The position numbers and the translations under genes are program-made. A DNA stretch of 64,000 bases from positions 496,001 through 560,000 of the forward strand of contig OZ374557.1 of NCBI GenBank assembly GCA_977862235.1, in the 5' to 3' direction. Position 1 is the stretch's first letter, and every line of letters begins with the position of its first letter. Under the pieces are notes generated by a model. It was not told the DNA's origin, made no database searches, and was given only the letters and a program-made list of their open reading frames with translations. Of the stretch, positions 12,101 through 24,372 are shown in pieces. The stretch is from Dudresnaya verticillata. Its lineage: Eukaryota.

Positions 12101-13124
12101 TTTCCGATAATGGTCCACAGTTCGTGTCAAAATTCTTCGCCACGATCTGTCAAGCCCTGGGGTTACGTCAGTTATTCACAACCGCTTAACACCCCCAGAC
12201 CAATGGTCAGACCGAACGGTTCAACAAAACCCTTGACCAGCGGTTGCGTCATTACGTAGCGGATCATCAACGTGACTGGGACAGTTACGTACATCCGCTC
12301 ACCTACGCGTATAACCTTCAGGTTCACCACTCTACGGGTACTTCGCCCTTTGATCTCGTCCTATCCCGGCCACCTTCGGTTATACCTCTACAGGGTTCTC
12401 CCACAATGGGTCTCACCAATCAGTTGGATTCTCAACTCACCGCTGCTTCTGTGAAGTGTTTAACCATTCGGAAACTTGAACAGGCCATTGAAACCGCTAG
12501 GGTCACCCTCACGGCTGCCCAATAACGTTACAAATCGGCCTTCGATACCTCCGTGGCACGGCCCTTTTCCGTTACTGTTGGAGATTGGGTCTATCTCGAT
12601 TGCCCTAAGTTCACTAAGCGCCAAGTTGGTGAACGACAGGCTTCTCTCGTCGACCCCGCTGAGGAGCAGAACCTTTCTAGGAAAGGTTTACCCAAAGCGA
12701 CCGGACCTTTTTTGGTTACAGCCGTTCATAACAACCATACGGTCACGATTAAGCCATACGGGCTTTTTAATACCGTTTCGCAAGACCGCATTTCGGTTGA
12801 TCCTCATCGTGGCCCCCGCACCCCCTGGCCGACACTGAGGTCACTCAGGATCCCCCATCGGCGCCTCCGCCGCCTACGGCGTCAACTTACTCGGATTTCA
12901 ATACCGTTGACCATTTGGTTAAGCACCGTGTCACCGATAGTGGGTACCAATATAAGGCTCGCTGGTATGGTTACGCCCCCAATGATGATACTTGGGAGCC
13001 ACCCGCGCACATCCCTCACAATTTCGTGTTAGGATACTGGGGCCGGCTTGACCAGACACCACCGCCCGGAGCTGGGGGGTGTAGGCCTCATGGATTTTCG
13101 CGGACTCCAAATTATCCATCGTGA
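9078..13124 (+). pseudogene. pol: pol of B: protease, RT, RNase H, integrase, chromodomain (multiple stops and frameshifts)
   Basis: IDSGAGPN, YLDD, TDACD, NYLATEREC, GHPGG, SDNGPQF, TGPFLV, YKARWYGY..DTWEP. Confidence 0.95.
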
Positions 13125-13379
13125 AACGTCACTCAGAGAGTTAACGCCACCCAAGCAAAAGGCCTCGCGACGGTGTTATCTCATGGAGTCAAATGGAGCG
13201 GCACCAGGTCTCTCTCTCTTCACCTTTTCTACTTATTTTACGCTACTTACCTACAGTACCACTGTACGCTCACAGAAACCAAGAGCAAGGAGAACTACAC
13301 AGGGAGATACAACACAAGACATAAGATGTTTTATTGGACACTCTTCATATCACCCTTGAGGCTCATCTAATAATAATAC

Positions 13380-15714
13380 TTAGTGGTAACGGGAACGTTT
13401 CTCAACCGACCCCTCGAAGTCACCCGAACGTGAAGACGCACGGCGACGGGGTTGGAAAGGAGACGCCCGACGAGTCTCCCTGGCGTAGTAACTCTAGGAG
13501 TCGCCTCGCGCAGCGCCGCTCGACTCACTGCCTCCACGGGAGAAGCCACATTGGTAGTGACCCCGGTAGGAAGGGGCTGCGTTACCTGATAGGTAGAAGA
13601 GCCATCTGGAGTCTCCTAGGGCTGCTCCCTCATGACCACGTTGGTAATGTCCTCCGAGGCAGTGGGTAGCTGCTCAGCTCCCTGAGTCGGCCCCGGCGAT
13701 GCCAGATCCAAAGGGTCACCGGGTTGGTAGTTCGCCACTTGGGTAAGTGAGCCGGCCGCACCACGGCTAGAGTCCTCGGCTGAAGATCACTCTTGCGCAA
13801 TACCTCTCGGGTGAACTTGTTGCAGGAAGTAACGAAACTCGTGGCGTTCTGCGGCATCTCAGCCGCCATACTTGCAAGAGGCACCCTGAGGGTTGCTACT
13901 TCGGTTCCCAAACGGTCCATCGTAGCCATGTGGGTACCCAGCTGGTTCACTTGGAAGTTCCCCATCTGGGCCACTTACCGGAGTACCCAAGTTAGGAGTG
14001 CCTCCTTCGACACCCACTCCCGAGCGGCGTCCAGAGAATCCTCTAAGGTAGCCGGTACCGGTATTTTCGCAGCGCGACACGCCTCTTGAAGTCTCCCAAC
14101 CCGAAGGTGAACCGAGGCAGGTAGAGTCGTCCCCGATGGGGCCACTGCTGTACCAGAAGGACCACTTGGTGAAACCAATGGGTTATCTCGACGAGTCACT
14201 GCCTCAGGAGTTACCATCGGGGGTATGCCAGTGGAGGTTGCCCGCGTGGGTGTCGCCAGACGCGCCTCACGCATTTGCGTTACTGTCTCCGGTGCCGCCT
14301 GTGCGTTCGGTGTCCCTGTACGCGCCCCAATGCCCCGGCGCGCGGTCCTCGCTCGATTCGCATGCCCTAACGCCGCACGCGTCCTGTCGGGGTAACCAAT
14401 ATAGGTTGGCGCCTCCTCTTCTTGGACCACTTGGTTTCTATCAGAGTTCGGCTCCATGTTGCCCCAGCCACGACCCATACCCTCTACCTCCTGAAAGGAG
14501 TGAAACGGCGGACCAGGACGGTTATCGAAGGTGTGTCGCCTACCAAATCGGTCAACCGCTTCGGAAACCTCCGGATCATACGCGACCCAAACCTCGCCGG
14601 CAGCCCACTTGAAGGCCTCCGATGCGGTTGGAAGTCCCGCCAAGTCGTCACCCGCAAAGGTACTACCTCCACAAATGAGGTCAACCCCAAGAGTGCGGAT
14701 TGACTCAATGAGTGTCTTGGATAAGCGGAAGAGGCAACCATCAGGCAGACCATCTTGGGCATGGTAACCAGCTTCTGTATAGGGCGTTGAGTCCCATATA
14801 CCAAAATAGGCTGCCTGAAGAAAGACCAGCACTACGTGGAGTACCTGCTCGGTTTTGGCGATTGAACACACTGGATAATACCACTTCGGCGCGGAATCAC
14901 GCGCATGGGCTCCAAAGTATGCCAGCACGCCCGGGGTTAACGACGGCAAGGAGCGCGGACCTTCGATGGCGTGCCACCAGCTGGGTTTCTTCGCGTAGTG
15001 ATCCCGACGCCGACCCATGGGGATACTCCACATTTCGACATTGTGAAACTCCGCTAGGAGATCATCAGTACGGTTGCGAATGCGCGTCTCCGTCCAAATA
15101 TCCACCGCCCACCGCTCGGTTAACCACCACAGGTCGGGAAAAGGCTTCGCCTCCAAGAGTGACTCCGGAAGTAACTTGATCTCGTTCACCCATTGGTTTC
15201 CCTCAAGGAAGCGGTAGAGCTAGGGGACGTAGTCTTCCTCGAACCCAACGCGCAACCACTTGAGGTCACTACCATAGTGACGCGGAATTAGAACGCTCGG
15301 CGGGCAGTAACGCAAACGCGCAACCCACTGGTTCTCACGCCTACCTTAGGGGATCGCCCGGAAGCGGTATGTGTCTGGATTGGCGTCCAAGAGGTAACCT
15401 TGGAGTGGAAACTGCTCTAGCACATCCTGATTGGAAAACGCCGACAACCCACCGTGGCCACCCATGGGAGAAGACTGTGCCATCGCGGCGTAGTAACCTC
15501 CGCGGCGTACGCAAGGCGTGACTGGAAAGACAACGTCAGGGTTGAAGAGACGACGACGGCGGGGTGGCGAGTGGCGTGGTGTTGGTTGCGATTGACGTGG
15601 GACCATGTTTGAAAAACCTTTGAGGTGGTGATGCAGCGGAAGAGAAGTACTGCGGCGCGCGGGATTGATTGCGGGCCGACGACGGTCATGGGCGTTGAGC
15701 CGCCTGGATACCAA
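13380..15714 (-). pseudogene. Antisense accessory gene of B (long frame with isolated stops)
   Basis: ORFs 15346-15714, 13975-15189 and 13630-13974 share one frame. Motif order resembles the C/E/F antisense protein. The 3' end is approximate. Confidence 0.75.
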
Positions 15715-15791
15715 ACGGTTATGATTTCGAGCGAAACACGTGCAGACTGCCCTGGCGTCCCGAGGACGGGCCCCAATCTCGCGGGGAGCTC

Positions 15792-16310
15792 TGTAGTACA
15801 GTGAAGGGCTTACAGAAGTGGGCCCTCTGCCCTCGTGTATGCGCTGAAATAGCGTTACCTATAGGGCGCCAACAGGGACAAGACGGGTAGTCTATGATTG
15901 GTCCAAGTCTCACCCGGTAGGTCAGTAGCTTAGTATCTGTCTATTTGTTTTAGAAATTATAGCTTAGGATAGGGGGCGTGTATATTGCCCAGTATGAGGG
16001 GTGCTGCCTGACAGTCGGAGTACCATATAAGGATATCTCCCGTAGCGGTCCCTTTACAGTAAAGGTAAGCGCCTTCCGGCCCCAACTATGTCTCCAAGCT
16101 ATCGGCACCGCAGCACACCTGTCACCCGTGCCCGGTTAACCGCCGGCCCAGTGAACTACCTTCAGTATCGTGCTTCCAATCAATTTACGTGCCCTCGTCT
16201 ACCCTCTGGGTTCCTCCCGCTCTACCACCGCTACCAGGTACCCGCTCTGTGGCTTTCTCATTGAGTGTACTCTTTGAGTTCACAAGAGACCTAAAAGGTA
16301 CTTCCTTACG
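15792..16310 (+). repeat. 3' LTR of B
   Basis: Direct repeat of 6443-6963, preceded by GCGGGGAGCTC. The terminal CA reads CG. Confidence 0.96.
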
Positions 16311-16626
16311 CCCGCGCCCACAGGTAGCCGTTACCGGACGTGTCGATACGTGTATGGGCGTGCGCACGCGGAACTTCCGTGTTGGTGCCTCAGCGGCGTA
16401 CTCACCTTAGAGTAGCCATAGGCGCGTACTATTGTACAGTATTTAAGGCCGTCTGCCATCGATGGCTCAGTAAACCGGGCAAGCAACGGCTGGCGCTGAT
16501 GCTTGACCCCAGTCTTGATCGTTCGATCCCTTTCCTCTACGCCAGCGGGCGGTTCTACTTTTCCCTTGCCTCCCTAGGCTTACCTCTTCCTTTTCCTTTC
16601 CGCCGGCGTCGTGGCGCCCTTTGACA
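16311..16626 (+). repeat. Possible older LTR fragment (with 6349-6442) into which B and C inserted
   Basis: TATTTAA box at about 16440, a pyrimidine-rich tract and a TTGACA end. No second copy in the window. Confidence 0.3.
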
Positions 16627-17950
16627 GGGACGCTGGGATCCGGCCGCTGCCTACCCGCGTACGGTACGCCCCATGCGCGCTCCGGCATTGACGCCATTGA
16701 TCCGCACCTGCGAAGCGCACGCGGCCGACACCGCTCTACCACATTCAGGTACCCATCGACGGGTCTGGATGACGGCTTCGGATCAGCGAGTACCAGACGT
16801 CGGATCGACCCGACGTCTATACTACAGGTACTTCCACCCCATATTAGCGCGTTGTAGAATATCTCAAAAACGATTGCAGATTTTATTAAACGGGCTTCGG
16901 AGCCGTTCCCCGCCCGCCAAGCAACGTTTACAACACTCATTTAAATGCACTCTACTGTCCCCACTGTCCAGAATCTCCACTTTTGGGGGGTGCCTTATAC
17001 TTTCTTGCAGCACTGTACCACCGGTACTTAAGCTAAAAACAGCCGAACAACGCCGCATGGCTGCCCTATGACACATTGGATACTTTCCCATCCACTATCG
17101 GTACCTTCGCAACATAGGCCTCCAAAGATTCCTGGACGCACTGCAGGGGCTGAAACAAACACGCCTCTAAGAAGCCAGAAAAAGACAGATAGCCCTAGCA
17201 ATACATACAATTCGAACTATCCCAGACCCAAACAACATACAGCCATGGACCACGAAACGACAGTGACCAGCGTGCAGACCAACAGTTCAATACCCGGCGG
17301 AAACGTCATGTACGCCCCCCGTAACTAGAGGTTGGCAGCTCACCAGCCCAGGAGGATTTAGCCGACCCAAAGATAATAGTGAACGATTTCGCCAGGTGGT
17401 CTTCTTATGCTACTGCATGAAAGAAATACCTTTTCTACTCAATGCATCGATGCCCTCGGTCGCTGGCGTGAAGGCCGAGCGACGGCTGATAAATTCTTCA
17501 TTGTCTGAGCGACCCGAGGCAGGGACCCGAGGCAGAGTCGCTCAGAGACCCCAAACAAAGGGATAAAGTCCGCCTTGCTGCCATCCTAAAAAACAATTAC
17601 AACTGGATGGTGCGATGGCAGGAGGCGCAGATCGGCGCAGCCATTCTGGCAGGAAATCCCAAATGTTGCCAGAAATAGAAACAAAACAGATAAATAGCGG
17701 CAAACAGCGCCACTCCCGGTGCGCTCGAACCCTACCCTCGAGCGCCACCGGAAGCAAATCGGTACTGGCGACCCCGCTAGGGGCACATACGTCAGCCCAG
17801 CCCAGTCCGGAAGCACCGGCTGGAGTACGAGTACGTATGATGAAGAGTTTGCTAGGCTTTACTTCGCCCAGGGACATCCGCGGTGAGAACGCGCAAAACG
17901 CTAGAAGTATAGCAAACGCTACTAAAGACAAAACGAACACGTACTAAAGA

Positions 17951-18088
17951 CACGGGAAGTAGCGAGCTACTGAGCTCTCCTATCAGTTTGGCCGAGCGTC
18001 CCAGAGCGGAGCGGTGGCGAGCTAGAGAAGATGAGCTCGCTGTGCCGCTCCACGCACCGCCGACCCTCGGCATGTCTATTTCTCTTTC
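17951..18088 (+). repeat. DIRS terminal direct repeat, left copy (138 bp)
   Basis: CACGGGAAGTAGCGAGC...CTATTTCTCTTTC, repeated at 32256-32393. Confidence 0.95.
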
Positions 18089-18160
18089 TGAAAGAGAACT
18101 ACCCCCCTCGCTGGGCGGAGACGACTTCTAAGCAGCACAATCAGCGTGCTTTAGAGCGAC

Positions 18161-18835
18161 ATGTCCGCAGCAGAACACACCGACGAAGCCCCGGCGCCGG
18201 GGCCGCCCGCGCCCCTTCCTGCCCCGGTCGCGCCAGCCGCTACCCTACGTGCGGCATGGTCGACCGGGAAGCCGGAGCGCCGCGACTTCGGGGCGGTAGT
18301 GACGGAACGCAATGCGCTCAAGCTGGTGGGGGAAGGCAGCGTCTTCGAGCGGGGCAGCCATGTTCCAGTAACGCACATAGGCTACTTCAAACCCCCCCGC
18401 TGACGCGTTCCTCTCCGACCTTCGCTCCAAGGACCGACGGTCCGAGAAGGAGTGGGAATATATCAACGCCGTCGGGGTCTGGACCGAACTGGGCCTGGCG
18501 GCGCTAGAAGTGGCAAAAGGAACGAATGGGACTGTAGAGGAGATGGGTAGGCGGCTCTTACTGGCTGAAAATCCTTCAAGGCCGCGTTGGAGGTACTGTC
18601 TATGCGGGAGCAGTACGTTCGGGACATGACGGAGCAGGGAGTGGAGACCACACGACAGATGTCCTTTCTCGTTGAACAAGGACACGACGCCGTGTTTAGT
18701 GATTCATACCGCTCTGCTCGAGTGGCTCTTACCTCGAAACTCGAGATCGAGGCCGCAAAGCAGCTCTCCAAGGCGCGCCTGGAGCAGGCCAGCCGAAACT
18801 CATCGGGTGGACCCTCGGGGTCCGCCGATCAGTGA
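18161..18835 (+). pseudogene. DIRS ORF1 (gag-like), frameshifted
   Basis: ATG just after the left repeat. ORF pieces 18161-18403 and 18587-18835 are joined by frameshifts. Assignment is by position. Confidence 0.65.
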
Positions 18836-20963
18836 TGGCATGACAAGGAGCAAGGACCACAGGGACGTTTGGGGGACAACCACTGTGGAGAGGGACGTCC
18901 TTGAAGGCCGAAGTGTGGGGGTCGGTTCTCGGGGCGTCGGAATACCTGGTACGGGCTATCAGGTACGGGATAAGGGACCTGCCCTCCGAGCCCTTTACGG
19001 GCGGTACCGTCCTTGGGCGAATCCGCCAGTCAGCGGAGGACAGGATGTTTGGTGTTGGGGACCTGGAAAAAGGATGTAGGGAAGGGATCTACGAGGAGGT
19101 GAAAGAGGAGGAGGTGAAGCATCTGGTAGGGGAAGGCAAGATGGTGTCGTCGGCTTTCGTGGTGTGGCAAGGGGAAGGGGAGGAGAGGAACGGTCGGTTC
19201 GTTATAAAATTCCACCGCCAGAGCAAGCACTGGCCGAAGGGGCGTCTGAAGATGGAGACGCTCCCCTCCTTCCCGGTGGACATTCGGCAAGGGGATTACC
19301 TTATGTCGTGGGACATCAAGAGCGGGTACAGGCACTTTTACCTGCACCCTCAGATGAGGGACTTCTCCTATTCCGCTACGAAGGGAGGTTCTACAGGTGC
19401 ATAGCCTTGTCGTTCGGGTTGGGAAATCGGTACTCTGGTTTACGAAGCTGCTTCTCCTTCTGGTACGCTATCTGCGAGAGAAGATGGGCTACCGCGTCTT
19501 GCCCTACATCGACGATTTCTTGGCAGCTCCTGCGCCACACGGCAGAGCTTCCACAAAGGCCGATCGTCGACGCGCGCAGGGTCGCCTCGCGATACTGTTC
19601 AACTGGCTGGGCATCGTAAGACATTGCGAGAAGGGCTGTTGGGACGGCAGCCAGGGACTGGATCACCTGGGCATGCATATAGACACCGTGTCGATGTGTG
19701 TCTACGTGTCGGACAAGAAGGTCGTCCGCGTTCAGGCTTTGGCGAAGAAGATACTGATGTTGGCTCAACTGAACCGCTGTTTAGTCTCGCTGGACTTGTT
19801 GCGGCATTTATGCGGGGTTTGCGTGTCCCTCACGCTCGCGCTTCCCCCCGCTCGCTTCGACACCCGCTCACTCTACTTCGACATGAGTCTGGCAGAGCGG
19901 AAGGAGCGAGGGCCAAGTCCGCAGCGGAGGTCCGGCCAATGACCGAGGGTCAGCGAGGTCGGAAGGCTGGGCCGCAGCGCCGCAGGCGCGCCCGCACGCC
20001 CTTCGGGTACGGCTGTGCCGCCAGTCTCTACGAGACTTGCGGTAGTGGCGTTCGCTTTCTCGCGGCGAGGGCCCCAACCTAGTCAGACCTGGTCCGGACC
20101 TTACGATGCACAGCGACGCGGCGGACGTTGGATATGGCGGCACGCTCGGCAAGGACGAGGCGCAAGGCTTATCGGGTTTGTGGGAGGGTCAAGGTTTCTG
20201 GACGGCGGCCGATCGAGCGCGCTCGATTACTTTACGGGAGCTCCGCGCCGTCCGCCTCCTCCTCCACCGACACTTTGCCGACTACGTATCCGACCCGAAC
20301 GTTCGCCGTCTACTTCCTCACGAAGACAATCAGGCGGTGGTCTACGTGTTGAACGCAATGGTGTCCGCGTCAAAGGAAATCATGGTGGAGCTGTGAGGTC
20401 TGGAGGTGCTACTGCGTGTGTTGGGGGTGAAGATAGACGCCCGGTGGATCCCGTCCGCGGTGAATCGCTTCGCCGACGCGGTATCGCGAACGTGGGATCC
20501 AGGCGACGCACGGGTAGCCGACCGCATACTGCAGTCGATACAGCACGAGTATCGGCTGGACGACGTCGTGTTTTGGCGTCGACCGCTGGGAGAGACGGCA
20601 GTGGCGCGGTCGAAGTATCTCGCAACGCAGATACAGGAAGATTGCGGCGATGGAGCAGCGCGCTTGTGGAATCCCCGTTCGACATGCTCCCCTTGGTGGT
20701 GAAGAAGCTCGAGGAGGATGGCGCACAGCGGGAGGGGTATTTTGGTCGCACCGAACTGGAGGGCGCAAGCTTGGTTCCCGCGCTTGTGCGCTCTCAGTTC
20801 GAACATGACCGTTATACGTCCCGGCGAGGCGAGCGACCTCTCGCCACACGCAACTCCGCTTCTCCATGGCGACGTGGGGAACGCTCGCTGGTCCATCGTG
20901 GTAGCAGCAGTGGGATTGCCGCCTCCTGGAAGGACGGGATCCGAGATGCTGTCCATGCACTAA
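18835..20963 (+). pseudogene. DIRS RT, RNase H and methyltransferase-like domain (disrupted)
   Basis: WDIKSGYRHF, LPYIDDFL, HLGMHID, HSDAADVGYGG, ITLRELRAV, EDNQAVV, WIPSAVNRFADAVSR, then W-N-P-(P)-F across a frameshift and ILVAPNWRAQAWF. Confidence 0.92.
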
Positions 20964-21013
20964 CCGGCCCCAGCCCAACTGGTGAGGTACAGGAGGCAGC
21001 GGACCTCTTGGCG
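20870..21013 (+). pseudogene. N-terminal part of the DIRS tyrosine recombinase
   Basis: ASWKDGIRDAVHAL..EAADLLA joins in frame to DYGWARSTW at 31269 once element A and one TSD copy are removed. Start approximate. Confidence 0.75.
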
Positions 21014-21855
21014 TGTGGTATAGACGCTATGCGCAAAACGACCCCGTCGTCTACGTGAAAAATAATCGAGAAATACGAATTTCGAAGTGACTCCGTGAAT
21101 GCGCACGCCACGATGGCAAACGTATTACAGTGCGCATACTCTGCGTGTGCCACGATGGCATTAGCATTACAGCACGCACGCGATACGAAATCGCTGACAC
21201 CTCTGGACGAATTCCGAGCGGACTTCGTGATCGCGCGCACCACGATGGCATTCGCATTACAGTGCGCACCCGATACGAAATCGCTGACACCTTCGTGACC
21301 TTCCCGTTGTTTCCTGCGTGTAACGGCACCTCGGCCCACGACGCGCGTGCACCTCCGTATGCATCGCTGGCGCACTTCGTAACCGCCACCATACGTGAGA
21401 CGACCGTTCGTTGGCACCGAGGCCGTTACGAATCATTCGATTACGAACCGTCTCCCGCGTTGACGTGTATTCGTGCTCACGTAGTATTACTTAGCCAGTC
21501 GTCTGGCACAACCTCCGAGGGTTTCCGGTAAGCGACTAGCGCCCGGACCTCGGAGTCTTCGGTAAACGCCTGTTTCTTCGAGTTCGGTGTCTTCGTCTTC
21601 GTGACCGCGGATACTGTCGAGCCTCGCTTTCGATAGCCCCGCGTACCCGGAGTCATCCCCGGTGATCGATCGCTCGAGTTCTCCCTTCCGCACACGAATA
21701 CGTTGACACCGTGGTCCTTCGTGTTGGTCGCTCCGCTCTACCACGCTACCACCCCTTTTCGTTTCTCCGTTAGGCTACGAGGCCATTCGTTAGGCTCCGA
21801 GGCCATTACTTACATTGCGAGACTTCCGCGTCACCGTGGACTTCGTTATACCACA
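21014..21855 (+). repeat. 5' LTR of A (842 bp)
   Basis: TGTGGTATA...TATACCACA, with a 9-bp terminal inverted repeat. Carries an extra 90-bp internal unit. Confidence 0.96.
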
Positions 21856-21856
21856 C

Positions 21857-21868
21857 TGGTCTCCCGAC
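21857..21868 (+). promoter_or_regulatory. Primer-binding site TGGTCTCCCGAC (A)
   Basis: 1 nt after the 5' LTR. Confidence 0.85.
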
Positions 21869-21925
21869 GTAGAAGTGGTTCCGAAGTTTCGCATTTATTC
21901 GTAATTATTTTCTATCCGAGACACG

Positions 21926-24372
21926 ATGTCTCACGCTCCGAGTCGTCCCGATTCGCCGGTACCGAAATCCGATGACGTACCGATTCCGGAGCTCCCGTTA
22001 TTTTGCTCGAACGCGAGTGACCGAGAACCGTTTTCTCGCGCTCGCGCCTCACGTATAACGGTACCCGATCTTCGCACAGACTCGCGTTCGCAGGCTCACG
22101 GTAGCCAGTCCGACCTTTCGTATACGTACACGCCATTGGAAATCGTTCCCTCGGATACCGTCGATCGACTCTTCTCGATGAAGGAAGTCTCCGGTGCAGA
22201 ACTACGTTTACTCTACGAAGAAGTCATCGACACGCTTTCCACTGCGTACCGTATCACGCAGCTCTCAATTCGTAATACGCGTAATCGAGGCACGAAGAGT
22301 TCAACAATTTCCGCGCTGGCAAGGTCCGTAGGATCGAAGACTCACTCGAGAGTCTGCGGGATCTTGTCTCTGGAGTCAGCAACCGGTTTCTCGTGCTCGA
22401 GCACAACATATCCGCCCCCGTAGGCAAGGCGAGTCACTCTCTTCCCGTTAGCAGCTCGCACGCATTCTCGGAGGAACAGTTGAACGCTGTTCGTGACATC
22501 GTGTCCGCAGCGTTACCGAAGGAAAGTCTCGAAGTCGCGAAGATCTTCCCAAAGCCCGTCCTGACCCCCGCAATTCGCCGATTGTTCAACCTGTGCAAGG
22601 CCCGGGTGCCCAATCTACGTTACCGAAAAACACGTATCCGAATCAGTCCCCGCACCCTTTATCGGATCAGGCAACCGATGCCTCCGACAACCCCCGTATC
22701 AACCCCGCAGTATTCCGAGCTTCACTTCAACCACCGATGTCCCCCGGAGGACCCGTAATCGAAAATCCGTTATCGCTCGCGGGACCCGTGTCATCGTTCT
22801 GGCTCTGGGGACCGCTCGAGCCGGGCGTCGAACCGATACCGACGCTCATTCCCGAATTCGCGCGAGCCGTAAGCTATCGATCGTATCGACTCACGAATTG
22901 GTCATCTCGGGATAATCAACACGAAGTCTTCCGAGGTAACAAGTCGAAAACTGTTTCCCGCATGCGTTCGATGATGCCTAGACTCGAGACGTTTACGGGA
23001 CGCGATAGGATTAAGGTTCTCGCATTTCTTCGTGATATTCGACAAGCGCTGAACGGAGTCGGGCTCACCGAAGGAGCAGCAGTTCGAACGATTTCGTGGT
23101 TCCTCGACGAGACCGCGCTCAAGGTGTATCAACACTATGCCTTCGGAGGCGTTCGTACTGGCAACCTGGTTTGCTGGTCCGCTATCGTGAACGTATTGCT
23201 ACAACGATTTCTCACGGAAGATGTAATCGCTGACGCACAATATCGCGTGGTTACCGCGAAGCAGAAGTCCGAAGGAACAGAGATGGAATTCGCCACCCAT
23301 CTCCAAGACTATGTGGATGTCTGCTCAGGTGTCTACGATGACTCTTGGTTAACGCACCAATTTATTCGTGGACTCCTACCTACTACGTACCCTATCGTGG
23401 CCGACCAGGTTCGCTGTTTACCGTTGTCCGAGCAAAAGAATTTCATGAGCGTACAACGAATCGCGGAAGCCGAAGGCGACATTCCGAGCTCGCGAACTAC
23501 GTGACACCGCGGCCCAAAAGTCGCGTGATTCGAAGAACCGAACGTCCGCTACGTACCCGAAGAGTCGCCAAGCGCCCGGACGCACGATGCTTATCGAAGC
23601 TTGCGACACTCCCGGGAGTGAATACGAGTGCAAGATGAACGAAGATCCGCAAATGGCCGTGATGATGATTCGTTCAGGAACCGGGTCCACATCCGCTACA
23701 CCGACTACTTCGACAACGGTCTCCGTGGACGATAAGTTAGATCGCACAGTCGTATCGAGCGTTTTGTACCCGCACGTGTCCCCCCGATGACTACGGAGCA
23801 AATCGAGATGGCGCGTTCGATGATCCCGAGGAACCAGGATGCGTGGCCGTGTTGGTTCTGTCGCGAAATCGTTCACCTGGTGTATTCGTGTCCGTATCTC
23901 ACGAAGGAGCAACAACTCTACTGCGCGTATCAGAACTATCTCTATCAACTCAAGACGAGACCGTATACGCGTAGTAACTTCGTGAATCGCGGTGCCGTAA
24001 GAGAGAATTCGTTCGCGTCCGTTGACAATCGAGGTCACCGTGGACTCCCGAGGATCGCGTGACAATCGCGTAAACCGAGACCTTCGTCAAGGCGATACGC
24101 GCTACCCGAGGGACTGAGCCCAGCGTCAAGTCAGCTTTGAGCGTCGAGGGCCGCCGACCGTCCTCTGCAATCCGAGACACGCGCAGGCCCCGGGCCGTCA
24201 ACCGGTTCTTGCAGTCCGTAAAAAAGTTGACGCGATTGAGCCGAGTCACCCGATTCTGCCCTCGGAGGCTTACGAAGGCTCCGCGAATATAGGAAGAGGT
24301 GATCGATTAACCGCCCCTTTGGACGCGGACGCTCGTAATTCGGAATCTAATTCGAGTTCGGAAAACGAGTAA
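21926..24372 (+). pseudogene. gag: gag of A (disrupted)
   Basis: FTGRDRIKVLAFL..LTEGAAV, QFIRGL, CWFCREIVHLVYSC knuckle. Ends GAA AAC GAG TAA. Confidence 0.85.

Larger units (their letters stand above)
6443..16310 (+). mobile_element. Complete decayed Ty3/Gypsy element B with chromodomain integrase and antisense ORF
   Basis: LTR pair, TSD CCCGC (6438-6442 and 16311-16315), PBS, and gag-PR-RT-RH-INT order. Confidence 0.96.

Noticed and set aside
16627..17920. Host gene or transposon ORF between B and the DIRS element
   Set aside because: Short ORFs with no recognisable motif. Left unannotated.
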